Shown here in pieces: positions 1 to 13,300 of a stretch of DNA of 64,000 bases; position 1 is the first letter of the stretch; each line of letters starts with the position of its first letter. The DNA comes from Daphnia carinata. Its lineage: Eukaryota. Where the stretch lies: positions 8,618,001 through 8,682,000 of the forward strand of contig NC_081331.1 of NCBI RefSeq assembly GCF_022539665.2. Direction: 5' to 3'. The position numbers and the translations under genes were made by a program. The notes beneath the pieces are model-generated. The model did no database searches, had not been told where the DNA came from, and saw only the letters and a list, made by a program, of their open reading frames with translations.

Positions 1-750
1 TGCCAATTATTTTTGCATTTATTTGGCGAAAAAACGAAAACGATGCACAAATCGTTTTAGTTAACTAAACGAATAACGAAATGAAATCAAAAAGAGGACA
101 AAAAATAGATACAAATAATCGGAAAAGCACAACTAAACAACCCTACCTAAGATTCAACTCGTATGGAAAAAGTCTAGAAAGGTCCCCGCCATGTAGGCGC
201 TGAATTTCGAGAATTTCGTAAACCTTATCTGGTAGGCGACAAACGCTGACTTTTGCTACCAAATGACGGCCGGATAGTGCTAGGTACATAAAAAGCATAA
301 GACATTGGCAATTAGACTTCAGAGAACCAGCTTCCAGAAAGAAAAAGAAAATGAATGGGGATCGTTTTCCTAATCTTCAAATCAGACTAATTTTTTTACC
401 AAACTCTTAGAAGGTAGTTTTTTTTCCGTTTTGTTTTTTAAATAAAAAAAAAGTAAGTCCACAACCGTACCTGCCAAAAACACAGTTAATCTAACCAGGC
501 AGTATGGAAAAAAACAGGGGTAACAGAAGATGATAAAGGTTCAAGGTGCGTGGCAAGAGATGCGGGGATGGGTCGCTAGCGTGATGGCCACTAGCTATAA
601 ACTGTTTTTTCCAATGTTTAAGGTGCCTGACGCCTGGTGCCGCTGTACGTTCTACGTGATGACGGGAGAGCATCACCGGTGAATGCAGAGAAAAACTGGA
701 ATAGCTAGTAACGTGTGAGGAGTAAGGCAAAGAAGGAGTGCTTTAAAACG

Positions 751-1347
751 TCAGTTGAGTTTCTAGATCAAATCGCTACGCTGAATCATAGCTGCTTTCC
801 TATAGCAGAAGAAAGATTTTCGAATGTATCGCTGTTGATCATGAACGTTGAGCCGAGGCCTAACAACAGCCTCAACGTCTGAAGAGAAATGCGCCGCCGC
901 GACCGTCACCGCGCCTTCCCGCTCGCCCACCCACTAGTCGGCCTGCTGTTGCACACACTCCTTCAATCGACATCTGGTAGTTCTTATCCCGGATTGCCAG
1001 GCAAATTTCAGTCAGTAGTTGCTGCACAACCTTACGGGACTGTGCTTCTAGGTTCTCTGCTCACTCTTCCTTTTTCTGTCTTGCTTTTTCCTCTATACTT
1101 CTTTTTCCTGCATTTCACTTTGGTTGCTTTGAAAGTTTAACCTGCAAAAACCGATTTACTTTCCTCCTTTAGATGCTGAAAGTTCCTTCTACAAAATTCT
1201 CAGTTTTTATTTTATCTGCTACTCTTCTCACGTGATTAGTTTAATTTCGTTTTTTCCGCAGGCCGCTATTTTTCTCGATCATCGATTACTAACTGGCAGT
1301 GGCGACATTTTAAGCATCGAAAAATATATTTGGACTCTGGCTCATCG
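751..1347 (+). ncRNA. Probable 5' non-coding exons of a Pol II transcript, possibly the pri-miR-137 host
   Basis: Inr-like TCAGTT at ~752 and a possible donor near 976 (TG|GTAGTT). A well-formed internal exon 1261-1347 is bounded by TTTTTTCCGCAG and G|GTAAGT. There is no convincing ORF, and it lies on the same strand upstream of miR-137. The link to miR-137 is inference. Confidence 0.4.
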
Positions 1348-4300
1348 GTAAGTTTTTTGGGACTCGAAATCCTTTTTCGTCTTATTCTTGCCATTCTCTG
1401 TAATACGCATCTATTTTTTACCTCATAGTTTGCTTACGTTTTTATTTTGGCCTATATGGCATCTGTGTCTTATCTGTCGTGTGCCGTTGGTACTCCTGAA
1501 ATACGTTATTAGCTGCTTGAGTAGTATTTGACTGGCACAGCGTAGCATTAGCTATAATAAGGGAAGTGGGGTACCTGTGTAGAAACACATCCAGAGAACG
1601 CGTGCTGACCCGCCATCTGCCTGGATAGACAAGCGCAGTGTTTGGTGTGGCCCCTTTTTAACATGAGGCGGCTGCTGGATCAAACGAATCAATAGAATTC
1701 ACTGACACAATGCACTAACAGAGGGGGAAAGCTACAGGCGGTGTGTCGTCGAGACTAACCGTGGTGAGCTTGCACGGCGCTGTACGTCGTGTTGAAAGTG
1801 TACGAGTACCTACAGTTTTTGCATGCAGCTTGTGTGTGTTTGCTTTATGGTTTTCCTTCTAAGGGTGGATTCACAATTTCGTACGCATATAGTTTAATAT
1901 CTGGTTTCGTGAGTTAATTAACGTAAGCACTGAAGCTTCGCATCCTCTGAGACGAAATGTCAAGTATCTTACGGGTTTCAAACTTGTACAATTCTAGAAC
2001 CACTTGGTGGAATGGAAAAAAATTGAATCACACAAAATTTAAATGATTGTAAAGCGCTTTGCCTATTAATGTTTGCTATAGCTGTAAAAGGTTTTGAAGA
2101 GCCACGAAAACCTGTTGCCTAAACGCGGATGTGAATCCTCTAGTAGCATCTTCTGCTTTTATTGATTACGTTGCTTTCGATTTGGCAACTAACTCGAAAC
2201 GACAGAAGAAAAAAAGCGTCAGTACTTTAGATTGATTCTCTTTTCCTTCTTTTATATTTCTTGGAAGAGTGAAACATACGAATTTTCGTTTAACGTTGGT
2301 GTTCTTTTTAGACAATTAACTTGAAATCGCTCTATGATGTATTCATTACGTAGATGTTAGTTTCTTTTTCCAATTGGTCAGAATTTACGCTTAGTAAGAT
2401 TTAGCTCATGATCGTCGGCGATAAGTATTTGAATCTAGCCAAGCTTAGAATTGCCTGATTGGATTGGGTAGTATCAAAAATCCAAGATAGATAACTGATA
2501 ACAGATTAATATGGAAAAAATAGTTAGATTTTTTTATGTTTGTTATTTTTGATGGCGGCTGCTCTCGTTACGATTGCGATTAGAGACTGTGAACCCGAGT
2601 GTAAAATCATCCCACATCTTGCTGAAATCAGAAACATTTGAGAGCCTCAAAGTGTTTGATAGCTATTGCTTATTAACCGTTCATAATCACTTCTATGCCA
2701 CTTTGCGCTTGTTCAATGGAATTCATCCAATGGCAAAACCTCACTTTCGTGTATTTAAACACATAATTTGAAAAACGTCCCAAACTCTAGTCGTCGAACA
2801 AGTGGTCCCTCTGCCTCTCAATCTCGCCTGGTTCTCCCACTCACCGTCAGGTTGTTAAGTGAACGAAGTGGCTAACGTCAATACCAGTCATCTATGAACC
2901 AAAAAATCCCTGATGCTAGGCAAACATTGCTCCGCGGAATTTTGACGACTCTTCTTTGTTACCTATGAGGTTGTAGCAGTTGCTCGTTTTCATGTTTTAG
3001 CAAAGAATAACCTCGTCGTCGCACGTTCGGCCTGACTCTTACTTTGATCAGCGTCGTTGTCAGCCATTCTCATTTTTTCTTTATTCCATTCCAATATTAC
3101 TCAAGTTTTTGACGCGAGAAACCAGTCAATTTTATTCTAGGCCGCCATATGGCACCGAACCGAAGGGAAAGAAGTGTTAGAACTTTGGTACCTTTGCGAT
3201 TACGTTACGTTTATTCATGCAGCCAGAGATAGAGCATGCGCCGGCTGACTTAGATACACGAGTGTTGGCGTTTTTTTTTTCGGCACGAAAAGACGAGATA
3301 TAGATTTTTGAATTTAGCGAATGTTTTAGAAAATATTAGCGATTTTTTTCAGAAACACATAGTAATCGGGATGCATGTAAATTCAAAAATAAGCGGCAAA
3401 TATTTTCCTGCTTAACTTTGCCATGCGAATTTAAAATATTGATTGGGCCGAAAGGAACGTGGATGTTCAACTCTGGGTGAACGAGAGTAAAAACTCTGGA
3501 AGGGGATCATCCTATAACGATAAATATTTGGGCGAGATATCCATGGAGGTTCTTACTCATTTGTTTCCCTGTCACACTTCAGGCTTTAATGTTCTCATGA
3601 CAAACACAGGAGGCTGATCCGTTCGTCTCTCTTGCTATCTGCATGAACCATTTGCATCGGTCATTCATCAGTCAATTTGTGTACAATAAGAATTCGAATT
3701 TATTCCTTGGCAAGCTGACAAATGCAATTTGTGAATAAGTATGGCTGTGGGTTGTTGGTCGCAGCTACGTAGGCAGATCAAAATTGACAACATCAAATCT
3801 ATAATATGTATCCCGTGTCCAACAAAAAAAAAACGTGGTCAAGAACGAAACGTTGTCTTTGGTTTTTTGTGTTCGAACCAAGAGGTAAAATGGCATACGG
3901 TGTTAAGGATAGTGAGCAGAGCACGATGCATGTGTATTAGTGTGAGTTAGCGCTGTACAAGTTTATTGCGTGGCTGGGAGCTGCAAAATCATGTCTAGTC
4001 TCCTCCGGAATATTTTTCTTAAAGGTTCTTCTATAAGAGGCAGAATCCTGCAACTGTCAAACGTGAATAGTTGCGACGGATTTTTTTTTACGTCTGTTGC
4101 AGCTTCTGCTTCTTGTTCCCTCTAATCTGTTCTTCTCCAATGGAATTCGATTAACCATTGATTAGTTGACCTCTGAGCCCTTTCGTGCCCTTCTTCGGGA
4201 GACAGAAACATGGAGGCGGACACTTTTTTCTTTGTCTTTTTTTCAAGTCTATTCTTAGTGCATTACGTGACCCTTGTAGTCGGTTCACACACAAAATACG

Positions 4301-6265
4301 CCTAGGTGGCCTGCGGTTTTTCCATGGCAATAGGTCGATCAACTTTGCACGTTCTCTTGCAATATGCTATCTACCCTCCTCCCGAATCAAAACTCTCAAT
4401 CCAGCGTGTTGTTTTTACACTGTATATTTATTATTTTATTTTTTTTTATATAGATGAAATTAAACGCAAATGCCGAGCAAATGCAATTTTGCTATGCATT
4501 CTACTGTTGGAATGAAAAGTCGAAATGACGCAGGTTTACCTTGTGTATCGGAGGTATAACTAAGTTTTCCTTGGTTAGGTTAACTTCCCCGAGCTAAATC
4601 CATTCATGAAACTCGATCTGCCTGTGTGCAAGCAGCAAAATGTTAGTTGTTGTACACGAAAATCATCCATAGAACTGATGTTTGCAATGGCTGCCAGCGC
4701 TTAATTTTGATTTCTTTGAATTTTTAATATGTGGCCAGCAGAACATTGGGATTTCATCTTCCGGTTCGTTGAATATGGCCATTGTAAAAAGGGCTTTACG
4801 TCGTACGCGGAAGCATTGCAAACCTGGGAACGTGGATGCGTTTGCCATAGAAAGAATCTATGATCTCATGATGGGCGCAAACATTCCGACAATGGAGCCA
4901 ACGAGTGCGCACGCTCGATTGAATGCAAAACGAGTCGGAAGGTGTAGAGGAGGAGCGAGTAGAGAGGAGGAAAGCGAATATGTAACTAACGCGCTGGTGG
5001 AAGAAGGAGGAAAATGGGAAAATATGAAAGAAAAAAAACACGAAGATAAACGAGAGAACAAGAGGGTTCGGTTTCAGTTATATTTCCACTGTCACCAATT
5101 GTAGGATACGTGTCCAGCGACGATACACCACAGCATATAAAAGCTTTGTTCAACTCCAACATACAGTTAAAGCCCGTATTTTTTTCTGTTCACCTGTGGC
5201 CTATCCTCTCTCTCGCCCTCTCTTCCCTCAAGTATTGCGCGATGGTACGCGTCATATTCCCTTGTATCCAGTCAACGACTTACCATCGAATGTAGGGGTT
5301 ATCTTTCGTTTGTCGTATCCACCCCCCGAAGTAGGCCTACTGTTTCTAAATCTCTTCTGATCCAATCAATGGTAGTGCCTTTTCTTTTACGTCTGACCAA
5401 GCCTCTATTGGAGACATAGTAGGCTTTTAATAATGTCTGTATATCTAATTGCGTATATCATTAGACCTAAGCTTTTTTTTTGTGTGTGTGTGGATCACAT
5501 AAAAACAGATGCTTTGTATAGGGCATACGCAAACTGAAGACCCTTTATCTCTTCCAGGGAGACGACATATTATAGCGACGGTGCTGGTCACCGCTCGACT
5601 GGAGTTACTCGATGGACGTAATACTGCATGACGACGAGATCAAGAACACAGCAAGCAAGAAATCCAACCAAGCGTTATGACCGGGCAGTTGGGCTTTGTT
5701 ATTGACAGAGTCATGACACGTCTACGTCCTCAAGAAGACATAGTGAAACAACTGTACTGTGGCATTTGGTTACTTCTTTTTTGACCACTTCTTCCCTTTA
5801 GCGGAGAAAACAAGACAAAAAAAACTTCAATTAATATGAAAGGAGCCATGGCGACCACGATGTAATTGGTAATAGATAGCACTACTTTTTCACTCGGTCC
5901 AGGCTTGGTGTTTGATAGATATCAGCGCAATTCTCTCATTATTGAAAAGGGTTTTTTCGGATTGTTTTATTGAATGTTTTTCTTTCGATAAGAGTGACCC
6001 GTTAGAAGGCACGAGTAAATTGCCAAGATGGCCGCTTTGTTGGGAGGGATGGGAAAAATAAATGACAAGAGATCTCTCGAAAACGTAGTGGTTCTTGTTG
6101 TGCTTGGCGAAAGCAAGCAAAGTGTGTTCAGGATAACTTACGGAATCAATACCTTCGTCTGCCTGTTTTCAAGGAAAGCGCCGATTTGGGCGTTGCAGGG
6201 TTATCGTCGCAGTAACAGGAAGAACGGCAAATCCTCTGCCAAGTATCGGTGAGATGCAACCGACT

Positions 6266-6421
6266 TTTCTCCACTCTACTTCCCCTTTTCTCATTCTCTC
6301 TTCTTCTTTTTCTTTTCTCTCTTCTCCTCCTCTTCTGTTTTTCCCCTTTTTTGGTACCCCCCCCCTCTTCTTTCCCTCTCTTCCCGTTCTCTCCCCCCCC
6401 CCTTTCTCCTTCTACTTTTTG
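6266..6421. repeat. Long C/T-rich low-complexity tract
   Basis: About 155 nt almost entirely pyrimidine on the + strand, with C9 and C11 runs. It generates spurious ORFs in the track. Confidence 0.8.
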
Positions 6422-7247
6422 TCAAAAACATCAGGATCGAATCAATAAAGTGAGCGTCTAAGAGTCGGGGCTGGGTTCCGAAGAGAATATACAACCAATG
6501 GCGTCTAGATACATATTATGCTATATCTCGAGATAGTAGACTTCCCCTAGTTCCGCAGTCGGACGTGCTCCACATCAGGCATCCGACAACCGTCATCTCT
6601 TTTCGTCAGAGAATTTTCCTTGCGCGCTTAAAAGCATCAAGTGTTACAACAAACGAAGAACTTCCATACCAACGCCGGGGCTCGTGTATGCATTTCACGA
6701 TTTTGCGAAAGAGCACAGGTATAAGAGGCGACCCCTGCTACAAAACTTTTTATCATCCGTAATCCGTTTTGGTGGTTTTTTTTTTGTTCTTAGGTATCAA
6801 TGGTATTCCCAGCGGCCAACATTCACTGTGCTGACTTAGTTTCGCTGCTATTGACTGCCTCTCTTTAAGCCTTGCACGCTTTTCCAGGTTAGTTCACTGA
6901 AAGGATGTGCTGAACTCGACGGCAGTGCAATGAGTGGTAATGATGAAAGTAAGCTAAAATAGTAGGTAAAGCAAAAAAATTGGCCAGCAACGAGAGCCGC
7001 AAAGTTCGTCAGTAAAAAAAAAAATATGGCTGTCTTCTTGTTTGACGCAAACTTCTTGTGAGTGAGGAATAGGGAGAGAAACGAAGCATTTTTATTTGCA
7101 GGAAAAGCAAGGATGGAGCTCACAAGTTGGTTAGTGACAGTACTGAAACATGGGGAAAAAATGGTACTGGCAGCAGCGATTCGACTGGATTGACGTGTTC
7201 ACCCTCCACACTGCCGTGATGAATAGCAAGAATGATGAAACGCGTTT

Positions 7248-7326
7248 AGACCTCGACGGGTATTCTCGGGTGATTAACACGTTCCTAAATCAAAGTTGTT
7301 ATTGCTTGAGAATACACGTTGTCTCT
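7248..7326 (+). ncRNA. mir-137: microRNA miR-137 precursor hairpin (5p arm ~7256-7278, mature 3p ~7299-7321)
   Basis: The 3p arm TTATTGCTTGAGAATACACGTTG matches the conserved bilaterian miR-137 mature sequence (seed UAUUGCU). The 5p arm ACGGGTATTCTCGGGTGATTAAC resembles the conserved star strand and base-pairs with the 3p arm across a ~20 nt loop. Confidence 0.95.
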
Positions 7327-10300
7327 GAACTGTAACAACGGCAACAAGCGACACCAACGACATCCCAGCAGAGCACCTGTTTAACCTTATGTTTCTATTC
7401 GAGCGTCACGTTTCGGATAATACTATGTTGCCTATGGATAAGTTACTACGTAATAGCGTAACACAATGACTATGCAAATAACATTATAGTGTGCATTTCT
7501 GATGTTCATTACAGTATGTCCTACTCGCAGACACAAGTACTGCCAATTCGATAAGTAGTCACCCAATCCATACCAGTTCTATTTGTTAGGTCTACTGCAC
7601 ACGGGCTCTCGGTGCGTTTTGTATGTATGCTAATCATTACCTAGATGGATACAAGTGACTAGCGTTCCTGCTCCGATAACAGCGTCGCGTCCAAGGAAAG
7701 CGTATTTGCTCCAATTTCTGAAGTTAGTTCACTTATGCGGAAGAGGTAACTCACAAGAGCGACGAAATAAATTGCAGTGGATCAGATGGTGCCGGTCACT
7801 GTGGCTACAAAATGTTTCGCAGTCTGACTATTAAGAAAACGTGCTTGATCAGACTATGTACAATCTCATATGTGATTCCATTCCATTTCCCCAGAACTGT
7901 CCTTGCATGAAGTTCAGAGTTGTTGACTACAATTGTACAATGGCATTGTAAATGGATAATTGGCATTTCGGTATTTTGGCCCATCATCGTATGGACAATT
8001 CCGCCGTCGACATCGTGTCAGCATAATCTATGTCAATAATTGCTCATTTCCCGCCTAACTACTGCATCATTCTTTGATCTGTCGCTTTGCTAAACTCTCC
8101 TGTGTAGTATTTCGTAATATGTATTTATAGCCCATGATTGTAAATACATACATTCAAAATGAGACAATATACGTATATTTTGAATTTTTATCTAATTTGA
8201 ATTGCAAATGCATTTTGAGATCCGATTTTTTTTTTTTACTTTTAAATTTGTTTTTAACGTAAGCTTATAATTACGTGATCGTCGACGTGGGACTTTCGTT
8301 CGTGTTCGTGCCATTGTTGGTGATGAAGTTCTTTATTTTCACTGGGTGATTGATAATTGTTTCCAAGTATGGCGAAAATCAGCGACAAGTTTTCGAATTT
8401 CGTATGTTTAATGCTGATTATCATAGGTAATAAGTAGGTAATGTAAGTAGCAAAATTAATTTGGCTTCATAGATGTCGTAAAGGTGGGGTCAATACCCGG
8501 AGTACGATCTAACGAACTGATCGCGTTTGTTTCGATATGCCTGCAAACTAAATAACTCACATTTAGTCGAAAGTTGCAACACGAAAGTTATAGCCTAAAA
8601 ATCTGAACGTTTGGATGACAATAAATTAAATTTATCTACGAGTATGAGTGATATACTGTAAGCCGGCGAGCGAACAGGTGTTTTGGGGCGATCTGGAGTA
8701 GGCCTAAAGCCAAAGAGTTCAAGGTGGATCTGCCATCTTCAACTGGTTGATTTCAATCACAAGCAGTGACGGCGCTTACGACAACTAAACTGTAGGAGAG
8801 GAAGTAAATCATATCAAGTTCTTAGCCATTGCTCTAATTTCTAAATCTATTGCTGCCAATATTGGAAATGTGGCAGAATAATATACTACCGATAACACCG
8901 AAGGAGAGAGTAAAAGAAAAATATAACTTGTTCAGTTATGACCTTTCAAATCGTTCCTCTGATATATTTATAGCGAAATGTTTATCGCTGTTGTACATAG
9001 CTTGGTTTTGAACTCTATAATGTAAGAATTACTTGTTTAACAAAAGATTTTAATATTCATTATGGCAAGTGAATTGGAATTTGTCGGACAAAACATCTGC
9101 GAAACACGCCACACAAAACATCATTTTCCACTGCAGCTGCATACTCATTCAAACAAAATCTATTCAACATCATCCCAGGAAATTATCAAAGATCAGGTTT
9201 TCGGCTACTTAGCTAGAAGCGGAGAGACAAGGGTTTGTTATTATTTATGAAAGATATTATCCTCCGTCAGAACTCATATCTTTCCTATTTTGCAGGGCTT
9301 ACGAAAACTAGCGAGCAGTTACTATCTTACTGTTTGCTTCTTTCATTTTCTCCCTTTGACATGTTAAGTAAAAAAAAAAAAAAGAAGAAAAAAAGTCCCA
9401 CCAAGTTTATCGATCGATTCAAAAGGAAAACCGGTGTTTTTTTTTATATGCCATTATTGTGAGGAAATGGGTCACGGGCTCATGGCTGCCACTGCTGAAG
9501 GAATAAATAAGAGCTCTGCATTCACTATAGGTGCAGTATACATGGAAGGGGGGAGAGGGAGTGAAGGGGAGAGAGGGGGGGAAAAAATGAAACTGCCGCT
9601 ACCTTGTGCGCGCTGGGATGAGGAATTAGAAAGTTTGAGTAGGCAAAGTGCGCCAACAGACGATGAGCTAAGAGCCGAAAAAAGGGGAGTAGTTGAGTGA
9701 AAGGGGTAGTGTATGAATAAACTCAGAAGATTTCGTTAATGAAAGAATCATACCGCCCATGGGTAGTTGGCTGCACTAGCTCCATAAAATCGATCATTTT
9801 GTGTGTGTGTGTGTTGCGTATGCGTTATGAAGAAGGCTTGCCCTAGCGTATATGTTTATGTTGAAAACAAACAAAAATGAAGTTATTCAGTTATTGAGCG
9901 AGCTCGCTATATTTTCGTCTTTACCGTGGAGCCACAGCTGGCAATAATTATTGCTTAGATTATTACTTTTACTGAAATTTGATACAGGGCCTTAAAATGT
10001 TTTTCGTGTTACTTACATGCACATATTAATAAAATTGTATACGTATAGGTTAAACACAGAGATAATAGACTACGTATCTTAATAAAGTGCGCTTTTCTTA
10101 ACACTTAAGTAGATTTAAACATAACCAATATTTAACCACGTAATTTCATGAGATACAGACAGGCTGATAACATTGTTAAAAATTGTACAAAAACTTAAGA
10201 ATTTAAGCAAAGTAGCGCTTTCTCAAGGATTTTCAAAATCTGTTCATTCACGTATGCTATAGTAGTCATCGTTGAACGCCAGAACATCATCGTACTCTTG

Positions 10301-13300
10301 GGAGTAAACCTAGAAGTTAAATACCATTCTTCTGTTATTCACGTTAACGTGTCTAATTGCGGTTGGAACGGGAACACGATCAACAATACTCATCAAGTTA
10401 GCATAATGTAATTTACTCTACACATTTCTGAATTTTTTGCACATTTTTTAAAAAGTGAGCTTTATTCATACATTTAACGCAAAGAGTTAGTGGGACGCAA
10501 GCAAAAAAAAAAAAACAGAAAAAAAACGTTGAAAGAAGAGACGCAAGGAACCACTCTTTGCGTACTTTTAATAAGATGATATGACAGTGATAAAACCCTG
10601 CGTTATGCTTGACGAACGTCGCCGCAAAATTCTGATGAGCGTTTCTTTACGGCGGAAACCCATTCTTTCGTCTACGACCCGCCGAGTGAGACATAGCCGC
10701 GCTGAATTTACTGTTCTACGGCCAGTTCAACGGCGCACTTGACCCGTCTTCCATTGGAACTAAGACCCCTACCTACTTTTGCATATCCATTCTTACCCAG
10801 TGGGGCGGTCATCCGAGTGACGAAAACGTGGAGAATGCGTGCTGACACAAACGGGAATAGTATTATTGACGGTGCTACGTTTCAGGTTCCACAGCGGGAT
10901 GCATATTGTTGATGATGAGGTCAATGTCTTTTATTTTGCTCATCTCGTTCTATACAGTATTTAATGTAATGTACAATCAACAAATTCAGTACAAGTACTG
11001 TTACCCCGGCCTAAGGGATGGCAGCGTGGGAGGGGTAGGCTGGGTTCGCACACACATACAAAATCGCATTATGAATAGCACAGCACGTCTATTTTCATCA
11101 AGCCACCGCTGAGCTAATACAATTCCGAGGGACGGCGGAACTGCCATCAAGCGCGACGGAGAACCACCAGGGTGGAGAGGGAAACAGAGACGGAGGGAGA
11201 GAGATAGCTAGACAGTCAAGTCCCAAACAAAAAAAAAAAAAAAAAAAAAAAAGGAAGAGGGTGGCGGTAGTGAGGGAGCAGTTGGAAATAAACGATAGGG
11301 GAGAAATGAGGTAGAATAAAAATCGAATCGATACGTAGGTTGCTGTGTTCAGGCGCAGTAGCCTACAGACAGCTGTTGTGCAGGCGGAGTAGCAGTTTTC
11401 CGAGGCCAGGCAGGGAGGAACCGATTTTTAACGCATTACTGACATCGGACAGGCAGCAACAGACGAGCAGCAGCGGCAGCAGCAAGTCTTATTATACAAT
11501 GACAGACACTTGCGTAAGACCCTTGTCAATTAGATGGGGCGACCTGACATTGATGAATAGAGACTTCCTCGCTCGGACCCAATTTATCCACTTTCCGAAA
11601 CTGTGCAAGGATATAGAGCCAGAATGGCCTTTTAAAGCCTTTTAAAGCGGCGTACTGTATGACCATTCCCTCTTATCTCTGCCGATGTAGGCCTTTAAAA
11701 AAATGATACTACTTTATTGGTACGTTGCTGGTTTGTAGAAGACGGAATGTTCCCCAGAATGATGTGCGATAAAAAATCTTTGACGTGTTGCATGGATAGC
11801 CAATAGTACATGCGATATCTGTAGTTATACTGGAGTGCGACTTATACTTTTACTTGCGAGTTATACTTGACTGACGCCCCTTATTACATATTAAACTTTG
11901 GACACCATCTATTGCGAAGGTTTGCGTTTTACTTTCGAATAGTGACGTTGGATGAATGCGAAAGGATAACAAAATTATAACCTGAATTTTGCTGGAAGAG
12001 CTTATTGATTTGCATTCCGATGTTTTTAACGTTTACGCACTTTCCGGCCTCTCACATTACAAAAATCTTTGGGCTAGAAACGATAACAGTAAAAAACGAC
12101 AGCACAAAAGTTTGTGAGTTACAGCGTATTATCTTTGAAAGACAAGTTCATACTGTGTAATAACAGGACAAAACATTTTTTTTTTTTACATAGAGACATA
12201 ATAGAATTTTCAAAAGTGGCCATGCAAATATTGTTACGTTATAATACATCTGTATTTTCCTGTGCTTTTAGTCGTCTTTACTATTTCGGTTCACGACCTT
12301 GGTGACGGTTTCCATATGTTGGCGATGAGACGAGGCAAATGGGCTGATCGTTGATAAACAACAAGGAACAAAACATCCACCCATGGAGCAATGGCACACC
12401 AAACATAGCTGCCTCGATGCAACTGTCAGCGCTGTCGGAACAATCTGAATAACATTTTCGGCGGCAAGCCGGACAACTGATTTTGGTGAAAAACTGCTTG
12501 CACCAAGGGACCCGATGAAGTTCAACTTGTTGACTACGAGATGTTTCAATGTGTCGACATAGTAACCATAAACCAACGTTTTTTAGCAGCTCTGTCTTGG
12601 TAGCACACATCAAATGAATCAACTTCCGACAAACATGGACGATCCAAATTTAAGTATGGACTGTGTCTGCAGAATCAGAGTATAGTGCTTAATTGACCGC
12701 TGGCTCGAAATTCAAGCAGTATACTCAACAAGGTCTGGCTGGGGGTTTAGAAAAACGTATGTTTTTGTATACAAAGAGCAATCAAGCGGCGATTGATGAA
12801 TGGAGTCAAGAGGCAAGAAGAGGACGGGGAAAAAAACGATGTTATTTATGTCACCAGAGATGAACAGGAATCGCGATTGCTACAAGGGTGTTGCCCTGTA
12901 CACTATAAAGCTCATCGGACGTCCACCTTGTACTATCACTCCTGCCTTTGCCCCGCCCAATCCCTGCCTCCGCTCATCTTCCGCCATGCATGACAGCTCG
13001 GCAGTCAATATTGATCAAAACAGACTGTCTATTTAATACGCTGGCGCCCCGCATTATTGGTTCACAACAACACGGTCACGAGTACCCCAAGTGTTCGTTT
13101 TCAGTTGCCTCTTGTTTCCACTGTATGAGACGTATGAAGCGAGCGCGGAGCTCGCTTCATGTCTTTGCATCGCCCTTAACCTCTTCTATCGCTATAATAT
13201 ATCGTACATATACCTATCGGGCAAAGATGTAGTTTAACAAACGATCCAATAAACCAGCAGTTTTCTTTTAACCTTTTTTTTTAAATTTTCTTTCGCCCCT

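Noticed and set aside
7467..7477. TGACTATGCAA is complementary to miR-153 nt 1-11
   Set aside because: The match stops at 11 nt with no precursor. A match of this length to some known miRNA is expected by chance in 64 kb.
8285..8306. GTGGGACTTTCGTTCGTGT resembles miR-278
   Set aside because: The 5' seed region differs and there is no complementary arm to form a hairpin.
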